A stretch of DNA of 32,000 nt from Edaphobacter aggregans. GTDB lineage: Bacteria; Acidobacteriota; Terriglobia; Terriglobales; Acidobacteriaceae. Location: positions 3,030,001-3,062,000 of the forward strand of contig NZ_RSDW01000001.1 of NCBI RefSeq assembly GCF_003945235.1. The letters run 5' to 3'. Below, piece by piece: positions 25,116 to 32,000 of the stretch (position 1 is the stretch's first letter; every line of letters starts with the position of its first letter). The notes beneath the pieces were generated by a model, which worked only from the letters and a program-made list of their open reading frames with translations, had not been told where the DNA came from and did not search any database. The position numbers and the translations under genes were made by a program.

Positions 25116-25904
25116 ATGGAAGACACCATTTCATCCGAGTCTCCAAAACCCTCCGCGAAGCCCCCAGCCTCCTTCGCCCTCCGCTGGCTGACCTACCTCA
25201 TCTTCATCCCACTGATGACCCTCTCGACAGTCTTCTTCGGCTGCATCTCTCTCCTCTGCGGCCTATGGGACAAATCCGGCCGCCAGCAGCACTACATCGC
25301 CCACCTCTGGGCCCGCAGCCTGCTCTTCATCACACTCTCCCCCGTCACCCTCATCAATAAAGAGAAGCTCCACGAACACGAGACCGCCGTCTACGCCTCC
25401 AACCACCTCAGCTACATGGACACCCCCGTCCTCTTTGCCAAGCTACCCTTCCAATTCCGCATCCTCGCCAAACAAGGCCTCTGGAAGGTCCCCTTCATCG
25501 GCTGGTACCTCAACCGCTCCGGCCAGGTCCCTGTCGACCAGTCCAGCGCCCGCCTCGCCATAGCCAGCCTCAACCGAGGCGTCCAAACCCTCAGACACGG
25601 CCTACCCCTCGTCCTCTTCCCCGAAGGAGGCCGCGCCGCCGACGGCCGTACTCACCCCTTCCTCTCCGGTTGCGCCTACATGGCCATCAAGGCCCAGGTC
25701 CCGCTCGTCCCCATCACCCTTATCGGCACCTACGAACTCCTACCGATCCACACCTACCACCTCAAACCCCGCCCCCTCGCCATCATCGTAGGCGACCCCA
25801 TCCCCACCGCCGGCCTATCCACCCGCGACGCCGACGCCCTAACCCAGCGCCTCTACGAAACCATCACCACCACCTACATGCAAAACCAACCGACCACGGA
25901 TTAA
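25116..25904 (+). CDS. plsC: 1-acyl-sn-glycerol-3-phosphate acyltransferase
   Basis: NHxxxxD motif (ASNHLSYMDTPVL) and FPEGGR motif. Start is ambiguous. ATG 25116 (MEDTISSE...) lies after repeat copy B. The track start at 25023 overlaps the folC stop in ATGA and would translate the repeat. Confidence 0.85.
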   Translation: MEDTISSESPKPSAKPPASFALRWLTYLIFIPLMTLSTVFFGCISLLCGLWDKSGRQQHYIAHLWARSLLFITLSPVTLINKEKLHEHETAVYASNHLSYMDTPVLFAKLPFQFRILAKQGLWKVPFIGWYLNRSGQVPVDQSSARLAIASLNRGVQTLRHGLPLVLFPEGGRAADGRTHPFLSGCAYMAIKAQVPLVPITLIGTYELLPIHTYHLKPRPLAIIVGDPIPTAGLSTRDADALTQRLYETITTTYMQNQPTTD

Positions 25905-25928
25905 ACATGTGGAATCTGCCTTTGCCTT

Positions 25929-26014
25929 AATCCGTCTTTAGCCTTTGCTTATCCGCCTTTATCCCTCTGATCACCGTTACGCCTTAAAATCCGCGCCCAT
26001 CCGTGAAAATCCGC
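25929..26014. repeat. ATCCGYG-type heptad array (decayed cassette copy without intact parS)
   Basis: ATCCGTC at 25929, ATCCGCC at 25950, ATCCCTC at 25960, ATCACCG at 25969, ATCCGCG at 25988, ATCCGTG at 25998 and ATCCGCG at 26008. The spacings are 21, 10, 9, 19, 10 and 10 bp. Confidence 0.7.
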
Positions 26015-26031
26015 GGTCGCCCAGTCGTATC

Positions 26032-26823
26032 ATGGACTTCACCATGATTCCCCGCATAGCCATTCCGATCCCCACCAGCACTGACCCCGACTACAACGCC
26101 AAATCCTGGCACCAATACGCCGAAGCCGTCACCCGGGCCGGCGGCATCCCCGTCGAAATCCCCCTCAACGCCACCCCCCGCGAGACCGCCGACCTCATCA
26201 ACACCTGCCAGGCCGTCCTTCTCCCCGGCTCCCCCGCCGACGTCAACCCGCAAAAGTACGGCCACGACCCCATCCCCGAGTGCAACCCCGCCGACCCCGC
26301 CCGCGAAAACGTCGACGAACTCCTCATCCAGGACGCCCACAACCTCTACAAACCCATCCTTGCCATCTGCTTCGGTACCCAATCCCTCAACGTCTGGCGC
26401 GGCGGAACCCTCATCCAGGACCTCGCCCCCATGCCGGTCAACCATCCCGCTGGCCGCAGCGTAGCCGTCGCCCACACCGCCGCCGTCGCCCCCGACTCCC
26501 TCCTCGGCACCATCATCCCCTCCGAAGAAGCCCCCGAGCAGGACGGATTCCTCCGTCTTCCCATCAATTCCAGCCACCACCAAGCCATCGGCATCCCCGG
26601 CGACGGCCTCCGCATCGCCGCCCGCTGCCCCCAGGACGCCGTCATCGAAGCTATAGAAGGCGGCCAGGACGCCACCAACCCCCACGCCCACTTCGTGCTA
26701 GGCGTCCAATGGCACCCCGAGCGCAGCTATGACATCTCCCCCGCCTCCAGAGCCCTCTTCGAGCGCTTCATCTCCGAAGCCGCCGCCTGGATCCCCCGCC
26801 CCATCCACACCTCCGTAGCCTGA
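26032..26823 (+). CDS. Class I glutamine amidotransferase, peptidase C26 / gamma-glutamyl-GABA hydrolase-like
   Basis: Nucleophile elbow ILAICFGTQSLN, with HHQAI and GVQWHPE. Start trimmed to ATG 26032 (MDFTMIPRIAIPIP). Confidence 0.85.
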   Translation: MDFTMIPRIAIPIPTSTDPDYNAKSWHQYAEAVTRAGGIPVEIPLNATPRETADLINTCQAVLLPGSPADVNPQKYGHDPIPECNPADPARENVDELLIQDAHNLYKPILAICFGTQSLNVWRGGTLIQDLAPMPVNHPAGRSVAVAHTAAVAPDSLLGTIIPSEEAPEQDGFLRLPINSSHHQAIGIPGDGLRIAARCPQDAVIEAIEGGQDATNPHAHFVLGVQWHPERSYDISPASRALFERFISEAAAWIPRPIHTSVA

Positions 26824-26830
26824 CCCTCAA

Positions 26831-26846
26831 TGTTCCACGTGGAACA
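26831..26846. other. parS: parS centromere-like site 1 (perfect 16-bp palindrome)
   Basis: TGTTCCACGTGGAACA against the parS consensus TGTTNCACGTGAAACA. There is one symmetric difference. Confidence 0.85.
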
Positions 26847-26942
26847 CCCAGACACCCGACCACGGATAGACACCGTTTTGGTCCTTAAATCCGTCTTTAT
26901 GCTTTTTATCCGTGTCCATCCGCGCCAATCCGCGGTCGAAAA

Positions 26943-26958
26943 CGTTCCACGTGGAACA
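26943..26958. other. parS: parS centromere-like site 2
   Basis: CGTTCCACGTGGAACA, containing the 14-bp perfect palindrome GTTCCACGTGGAAC. It lies 20 bp upstream of the rsmG ATG. Confidence 0.8.
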
Positions 26959-26978
26959 TCTGCCATACTTAACCCGCG

Positions 26979-27590
26979 ATGCCCCTCTCCGAATCCCAGA
27001 TCGCCGCCCTCCTAACCCCCTATCTCGCCCCGGTCCCCCCGCCGAAGAACATGATGCCCCGGCTCTCCACCTATCTCGACCTTCTCCTCAAGTGGAACGC
27101 CCGCACCAACCTCACCGCCATTCGCGACCCCGAAGAGATCGTCCGGCGCCACTTCGGCGAAAGCCTCTTCGCCGGCCAGCACCTGGGCACTCCGCTCCCC
27201 GAAACCCTCCTGGATCTGGGCTCCGGAGCAGGCTTCCCCGGCCTCCCCATAGCCATCCTCCACCCCGATCTCCCAGTAACCCTGGCCGAATCCCAGAACA
27301 AAAAGGCTACCTTCCTCCGAGAAGTAGCCCGCACCCTCGAACTCCCCAACGTAGAAATCTGGGCCGCTCGAGCCGAATCTCTCCCCCCAACCCGCAAATT
27401 CCACACCGTAACCCTCCGAGCCGTAGACAACATGGCCGCCGCCCTAACCGCCGCCGCCCCCCGAGCCACCCACCAACTCCTACTCCTCACCAGCACAATC
27501 CCAACCCTCCCCCCCGAATTCACCCCCAACCCACCCATCCCCATCCCCAAGACCCAAACCAGCATCCTCCTCCAAGCCACCCGTACGTAA
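26979..27590 (+). CDS. rsmG: 16S rRNA (guanine527-N7)-methyltransferase RsmG (GidB)
   Basis: LLKWNARTNLTAIRDPEEIVRRHFGESL plus the SAM-binding motif LDLGSGAGFPGLPIAI. Confidence 0.92.
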   Translation: MPLSESQIAALLTPYLAPVPPPKNMMPRLSTYLDLLLKWNARTNLTAIRDPEEIVRRHFGESLFAGQHLGTPLPETLLDLGSGAGFPGLPIAILHPDLPVTLAESQNKKATFLREVARTLELPNVEIWAARAESLPPTRKFHTVTLRAVDNMAAALTAAAPRATHQLLLLTSTIPTLPPEFTPNPPIPIPKTQTSILLQATRT

Positions 27591-27592
27591 AA

Positions 27593-27608
27593 CGTTCCAC
27601 GTGGAACA
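27593..27608. other. parS: parS centromere-like site 3
   Basis: CGTTCCACGTGGAACA, beginning 2 bp after the rsmG stop codon. Confidence 0.8.
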
Positions 27609-27728
27609 CTCAGACACCCGACCACAGATCCACACGGATAAAAACACAGCCCGTAAAGCCCTAAGCCTTTAAATCCGTCTTTCAAGCTTTTAAAATCCGT
27701 GCTCATCCGCGCCAATCCGCGGTCGCAA

Positions 27729-27744
27729 CGTTCCACGTGGAACA
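27729..27744. other. parS: parS centromere-like site 4
   Basis: CGTTCCACGTGGAACA. Confidence 0.8.
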
Positions 27745-27748
27745 AAAG

Positions 27749-27887
27749 TTTTCCACACCATCCGGCCCCAAACCCCTCCATTCCCGCAGCATTTTCGCCC
27801 TTCCACAAGTTCTCCACAGACTCGGACCCTTCTCCACAACCCCTCCCGCCTTGCTCCCAGCTCATCGGCCCGATACCCTTCTCCATA
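27749..27887 (+). promoter_or_regulatory. Cluster of same-orientation DnaA-box-like motifs upstream of parA
   Basis: TTTTCCACA at 27749-27757. CCTTCCACA at 27799-27807. TTCTCCACA at 27810-27818. TTCTCCACA at 27830-27838. TTCTCCATA at 27879-27887. The consensus is TTATCCACA. Confidence 0.45.
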
Positions 27888-27892
27888 CGCCG

Positions 27893-28861
27893 ATGATCAC
27901 CATTCACCCCAAAAACAAGCCCCTCCCGCAGCCCGCAACTGCAGAAACCCCAGAGACCCCGGCCACCACACCCGAGACCCCTAAACCCTCCAAGGTCATC
28001 GCCGTGGTCAACCAGAAGGGCGGCGTCGGCAAAACCACGACAGCCATCAACTTAGCGGCGTCCTTGGCTCTCGAAGGCCTCCCAACCCTCCTCATCGACT
28101 GCGACCCCCAGGCCAACACCACCGGAGGCCTCGGTTTCGGCCGTGACGACGCCCGCCCCAGCATCTACGACCTCCTGATGGACCATCACGCCGCCGACAA
28201 GGTCATCGTCCCGACCGACGTCGACAACCTCTCGCTCATCCCCGGCAGCAAGAACCTCATCGGCGCCAACATCGAGCTCGTCGCCCAGGACCGCCGCGAG
28301 TACCGCCTCCGCGACGCCCTCGCCCCTGTCCGCGCCAACTACCCCTTCATCCTCCTCGACTGCCCCCCGGCCCTCGACCTCCTCACCCTCAACGCCCTCG
28401 TAGCCGCCGACGGCCTCCTCGTCCCTATGCAAGCCGAGTACTTCGCCCTCGAAGGCATCTCCGAGCTAATGTCCACGCTCGACCGCGTCACCCAGTCCTT
28501 CAACTCCTCCCTCGCCCTCGAGGGCGTCCTCCTCACCATGTACGACGACCGCACCAACCTATCCCAGCAGGTCACCGAGAACCTCACCTCCTTCTTCACC
28601 GACAAGCTCCTCAAGACCAGCATCCCCCGCAACGTCCGCCTCGCCGAAGCCCCAAGCCACGGCAAGCCCGTCGCCCTCTATGACTCCAAATCCCGAGGAG
28701 CCGAAGCCTACCGCGAACTAGCCCTCGAACTCCTAGCCCGCAACAATATGGAGAGCCCCGAGGTAGCCCGCCGCCGAGCCGCCGCAGCCGCCGCAGCCAG
28801 CGCCCTCAAATCTTTCACCAAACCCGAAAAGAAGCACCGATTCTGGCAATCCAGCAAATAG
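27893..28861 (+). CDS. parA: Chromosome partitioning ATPase ParA (Soj)
   Basis: Deviant Walker A motif VVNQKGGVGKTTTAINLA. Start trimmed to ATG 27893. The track start at 27737 is a GTG inside parS site 4 and adds an implausible 52-aa leader. Confidence 0.93.
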   Translation: MITIHPKNKPLPQPATAETPETPATTPETPKPSKVIAVVNQKGGVGKTTTAINLAASLALEGLPTLLIDCDPQANTTGGLGFGRDDARPSIYDLLMDHHAADKVIVPTDVDNLSLIPGSKNLIGANIELVAQDRREYRLRDALAPVRANYPFILLDCPPALDLLTLNALVAADGLLVPMQAEYFALEGISELMSTLDRVTQSFNSSLALEGVLLTMYDDRTNLSQQVTENLTSFFTDKLLKTSIPRNVRLAEAPSHGKPVALYDSKSRGAEAYRELALELLARNNMESPEVARRRAAAAAAASALKSFTKPEKKHRFWQSSK

Positions 28862-28976
28862 CCACGCCGTTACTCCTTACTCAGAACTCGTTCTCGCGAT
28901 TCTCGTTCTTAGGTAAACCGCAAACCACCTTTGCCACACATAAAACCGCTACCTAACCACCAGTGAGCCACCGAAA

Positions 28977-29903
28977 ATGCCAACCGCCACACACGATCCC
29001 AAACGCCGCGCCCTGGGCAAGGGCCTTGAATCCCTCCTTCCCGCCCGTCCGGCCACCCCGCCGCCCGCGCCCGTAACCCATGTAGAATCAAACGGAAAAC
29101 CCCTCGAAATCCCCCTCGACCACATCGAGCGCAACCCCTGGCAGACGCGCACCCAGTTCGACGAAGCAAAATTACAGGAACTGGCCCAGTCCATCGTCGT
29201 CTCCGGAGTTGTGCAACCCATTGTAGTCAGGCCACTTAGCCAAAAAAATGGTGAGGCCCGATACCAGCTCATCACCGGCGAACGCCGCTGGCTAGCCAGC
29301 CGCAAGGCCCAAAAAACCACCATTCCCGCCATAGTCCGCCAAGTCGCTGATGAGCAAGTACTTGAGATGACCATCATCGAAAATCTCCAGCGCGCCGACC
29401 TCAACCCCATGGAGCAAGCCCGGGCATATCAACGACTTAGCCAGGACTTCCAGCTCACCCAGGAACAGATGGCCACCCGAACTGGCAAAGAACGAGCCAG
29501 CGTAGCCAACTTCCTTCGTTTGTTGAAGTTACCCGAAACCGTCCAGCAAAAAGTAGAATCCGGCGACCTCTCCTTCGGCCACGCCCGCACCCTCTTAGCC
29601 TTAGAGTCCCCGGAATCAATCACTTCCGCCGCCCTAAAGGTCCTGGCTCTCTCCCTCTCCGTCCGCCAGACCGAAAGCTACGTTCAAAACCTGATCAACC
29701 CAGAAGCCAAACAAAAGAAAGAAGATAAGCAACAAGCTCAACCCGAAGATCCCAACGTCCGCGAAGCCCAGGACCGCCTCCAGCGCACACTAGGCCTAAA
29801 AGTCCGCATAGAAGACAAAAAAGGCAAAGGCAAAGTAATCATCGAATACTCCGGCTTAGAAGACTTCGACGCCATCCTCACCGCACTCGGTCAAGAAAAA
29901 TAA
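28977..29903 (+). CDS. parB: Chromosome partitioning protein ParB (Spo0J)
   Basis: KRRALGKGLESLLP, with the ParB box and arginine patch LITGERRWLASR and an HTH region. Confidence 0.93.
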   Translation: MPTATHDPKRRALGKGLESLLPARPATPPPAPVTHVESNGKPLEIPLDHIERNPWQTRTQFDEAKLQELAQSIVVSGVVQPIVVRPLSQKNGEARYQLITGERRWLASRKAQKTTIPAIVRQVADEQVLEMTIIENLQRADLNPMEQARAYQRLSQDFQLTQEQMATRTGKERASVANFLRLLKLPETVQQKVESGDLSFGHARTLLALESPESITSAALKVLALSLSVRQTESYVQNLINPEAKQKKEDKQQAQPEDPNVREAQDRLQRTLGLKVRIEDKKGKGKVIIEYSGLEDFDAILTALGQEK

Positions 29904-29926
29904 TCCGCAAGAACGAGAAAACGCCC

Positions 29927-31219
29927 ATGCGCAAACTCTATTTGCTCCTCATTTTGTTACAAATTGCATCACTCTCCGCTGCCGCCCAAACCACAGCAAC
30001 AACCCGCACCCTTCTGCGCACAGGCCACATCCTCAATGTAAAAACCGGAGCGGAACCCGCTGCCCAGACCATCATCATCACCGGCGATCGCATCACCGCC
30101 ATCGCCTCCACGGCCTCCACACCCAAGCAATCCGGCGACACCGAAATCGACCTCACAAAATACACCGTCATGCCCGGCCTGATTGACGTGCACACGCACC
30201 TCACCATGGCCAACAACTTCGATCCCTACTTCGAACTCTCCATGACGCCTGCAAAAGAGGCCATCATCGGAGTAGAAAACGCCAAGGTCACCCTCGAAGC
30301 CGGCTTTACCACCGTCCGTAACGTCGGCGCCAACGACTTCACCGACGTAGCCCTCCGCGACGAGATCAACGCCGGTCACGTCCCCGGCCCGCACATGCAG
30401 GTCTCCGGTCCCGCCCTCGGCATCACCGGCGGCCACATGGACGAAAACCTTCTCCCCTACGAGTACCACGCCCACGGCCAGGGCGTAGCCGACGGCGTCC
30501 CCGCCGTCCAGCATCAGGTCCGCGAGAACATCAAATACGGCGCCGACCTCATCAAGATCGCCTCCACCGGCGGCGTCCTCTCCAAGGGCGACGACCCGCA
30601 AGCCAGCCAGTACACCATGGAAGAGCTCCAGGCCATCGTCGCCGACGCCCACCGCCTCGGCCGCAAAGTCGCCTCGCACGCCCACGGAGCACAAGGCATC
30701 CTCTGGGCCACCGAAGCTGGCGTCGACTCCATCGAGCACGGTTCCTACATCAACGACGAGTGCATCGCAGCCATGAAGAAACGTGGCACCTACCTCGTCC
30801 CCACCGCCTACCTCGTCGACTGGATGCGCGAGAACGGCCATCTCCCCGCTCTCTACCAGCAAAAGATGACAGACGTCAGCGCCGCCATGAAGGCCAACCA
30901 CAAGCGCGCCATCGCCGCCGGCGTCAAAGTGGCGCTAGGCACCGACGCCGCCGTCTACCCCCACGGTCTCAACGCCCACGAGATCGACGTATACGTCAAT
31001 CAATACGGCATGTCCCCGCTCGCCGGCATTCAGACCGGCACCATCAACGCCGCCGACCTCATGGGCTGGACCGACCGTGTAGGCACCATCGAACCCAACA
31101 AATGGGCCGACATCATCGCCATCGAAGGCGACCCGCTCAAAGACGTCCGTCTTCTCCAGCACGTCCCCTTCGTCATGAAGTCGGGCGTTGTCTACAAAAA
31201 CGAGACCAACAAGCAATAG
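29927..31219 (+). CDS. Secreted metal-dependent amidohydrolase (imidazolonepropionase / Xaa-Pro dipeptidase-like)
   Basis: Signal peptide MRKLYLLLILLQIASLSAAAQ. Metal-binding motif PGLIDVHTHL, with ASHAHG and LGTDA. Confidence 0.8.
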   Translation: MRKLYLLLILLQIASLSAAAQTTATTRTLLRTGHILNVKTGAEPAAQTIIITGDRITAIASTASTPKQSGDTEIDLTKYTVMPGLIDVHTHLTMANNFDPYFELSMTPAKEAIIGVENAKVTLEAGFTTVRNVGANDFTDVALRDEINAGHVPGPHMQVSGPALGITGGHMDENLLPYEYHAHGQGVADGVPAVQHQVRENIKYGADLIKIASTGGVLSKGDDPQASQYTMEELQAIVADAHRLGRKVASHAHGAQGILWATEAGVDSIEHGSYINDECIAAMKKRGTYLVPTAYLVDWMRENGHLPALYQQKMTDVSAAMKANHKRAIAAGVKVALGTDAAVYPHGLNAHEIDVYVNQYGMSPLAGIQTGTINAADLMGWTDRVGTIEPNKWADIIAIEGDPLKDVRLLQHVPFVMKSGVVYKNETNKQ

Positions 31220-31254
31220 CCACCCGCGTGCCCCATTTGTCTTGTGCTATCAGC

Positions 31255-31361
31255 CTCTATCCCTCGGATCACCGTTACGCCTTAAATCCGCGCCCGTCCG
31301 CGCTCATTCGTGTTCGCGTCGTCGCCTGTTCTTAAATCGGCGTTATCGGTGACAATCGGTG
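31255..31361. repeat. Composite heptad-array element (ATCCGCG-type followed by ATCGGTG-type)
   Basis: TATCCCTCGGATCACCGTTACGCCTTAAATCCGCGCCCGTCCGCG matches 25958-26004. It is followed by ATCGGCG at 31336, ATCGGTG at 31345 and ATCGGTG at 31355, which matches 22967-22992. Confidence 0.75.
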
Positions 31362-31428
31362 TTAAGCATTCGAGTTTCTGGACAGTCTCCAAGAAAGCCA
31401 CGCAAAGGATTCCCGCGCCTCGCGCCCC

Positions 31429-32000
31429 ATGTTAAAAGCCTCAGCCTTCGAGTTCCGCTTCCGCTTCCTCCTCCACGCCATCCTTTACGCCCTTGGCTTC
31501 ACCACGCCATGGAACCACTGGCTTCATCTCGACACCATCCGCACCTGGCAATATCTTGCCGCGATCCCTTCACGCGCAGGATGGCTCTCCTTCGTTGCCG
31601 CTACCAACGCAGTCCTCATCCTGGGAATCCTCTGCGCCCTCGCCGCCGCCCTTCTGCGCACCTGGGGCTCAGCCTACCTCGGAGCCTCCATCGTCAAAGA
31701 TGCCTCCATGCACGCCGATCGCGTCGTTGCTGCTGGGCCCTACCGTTATCTGCGCAACCCGCTCTACCTCGGCACCTTCATCCACACGTTGGCTCTCGCG
31801 CTCCTCATGCCACCGAGCGGAGCCATCTTCGCCATCCTCACCATCGGCTTCCTGCAACTCCGCCTCATCGCCGGCGAAGAGTCTTACCTCACCGAGCAAC
31901 AAGGCGCACCCTACCTCGCCTATTGCGCCAAAGTCCCCCGCCTCATCCCCGCACTCACCCCGCGAGTTCCCGCCTCGCCCGCGCAACCCAACTGGCCACA
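31429..32000 (+). CDS. Isoprenylcysteine carboxyl / phospholipid methyltransferase family membrane protein (partial, runs off the window)
   Basis: Hand translation MLKASAFEFRFRFLLHAILYALGF...GPYRYLRNPLYLGTFIHTLALALL...AGEESYL. It is open to the end of the window, so it is absent from the ORF track. Confidence 0.7.
   Translation, partial: MLKASAFEFRFRFLLHAILYALGFTTPWNHWLHLDTIRTWQYLAAIPSRAGWLSFVAATNAVLILGILCALAAALLRTWGSAYLGASIVKDASMHADRVVAAGPYRYLRNPLYLGTFIHTLALALLMPPSGAIFAILTIGFLQLRLIAGEESYLTEQQGAPYLAYCAKVPRLIPALTPRVPASPAQPNWP

Larger units (their letters stand above)
26831..26958. repeat. parS-bounded cassette, copy 1 (128 bp)
   Basis: It starts and ends with GTTCCACGTGGAACA. The interior is CCCAGACACCCGACCACGGAT...TAAATCCGTCTTT...ATCCGTGtccATCCGCGccaATCCGCGgtcg, homologous to 27593-27744. 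Confidence 0.85.
27593..27744. repeat. parS-bounded cassette, copy 2 (152 bp)
   Basis: Same architecture as 26831-26958: parS, then CTCAGACACCCGACCACAGAT...TAAATCCGTCTTT...ATCCGTGctcATCCGCGccaATCCGCGgtcg, then parS. Confidence 0.85.

Noticed and set aside
25905-25920. AAACATGTGGAATC looked like a fifth parS site.
   Set aside because: Only the right half (CATGTGGAAT against CACGTGGAAC) is retained and the left half is lost. I treat it as a decayed remnant of the cassette, not a functional site.
26831-27744. Possible CRISPR array, because of four identical 15-16-nt palindromic repeats.
   Set aside because: The repeats are far too short and there are only four of them. The so-called spacers are of very unequal length (96, 634 and 120 bp); the outer two are homologous to each other and the middle one is the rsmG gene. 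There are no cas genes. The sequence matches parS.
27737-27892. N-terminal extension of parA given in the ORF track. Analogous extensions appear for dnaN (4197-4340), thrS (22379-22489), the PadR partner (1173-1352), the amidotransferase (25945-26031) and rnpA (13389-13469).
   Set aside because: The extensions start at GTG or TTG codons or run through repeats, parS sites or the upstream gene. They encode non-homologous low-complexity leaders, and better-supported internal ATGs with SD sequences exist.

Overview
This is an origin-proximal chromosomal segment of a high-GC bacterium. The taxon is probably Acidobacteriota (Terriglobia-like), an inference from the PEP-CTERM protein, the PadR module and the intergenic repeat style.

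The window holds the full conserved origin gene set. On the minus strand: dnaN, dnaA and thrS. On the plus strand: rpmH, rnpA, yidD, yidC, jag, folC, plsC, rsmG, parA and parB. The set is unusually broken up by accessory genes:
- About 4.7 kb (four genes) lies between dnaA and dnaN.
- Two genes lie between dnaA and rpmH.
- Three genes (cupin, a 53-aa Q-rich ORF, PilZ) lie between rpmH and rnpA.
- An operon of three SRPBCC paralogs plus a quinone oxidoreductase hangs off thrS.

I found no tRNA, rRNA, CRISPR array, transposase or integrase.

The most interesting structure is non-coding:
- Four near-perfect parS palindromes are arranged as two homologous parS...parS cassettes that tightly bracket rsmG.
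- Each cassette carries a triple ATCCGYG heptad array with exact 10-bp phasing. Related heptad arrays recur in other intergenic gaps.
- A same-orientation cluster of DnaA-box-like TT(T/C)TCCACA motifs follows the last parS, upstream of parA.
- A ~63-nt repeat sits in frame inside folC and again at the folC/plsC junction.
- Synonymous codon choice depends strongly on strand, with no visible polarity flip at dnaA/rpmH.

Many long ORFs in the six-frame track are antisense shadow ORFs of GC-rich genes and are not called.
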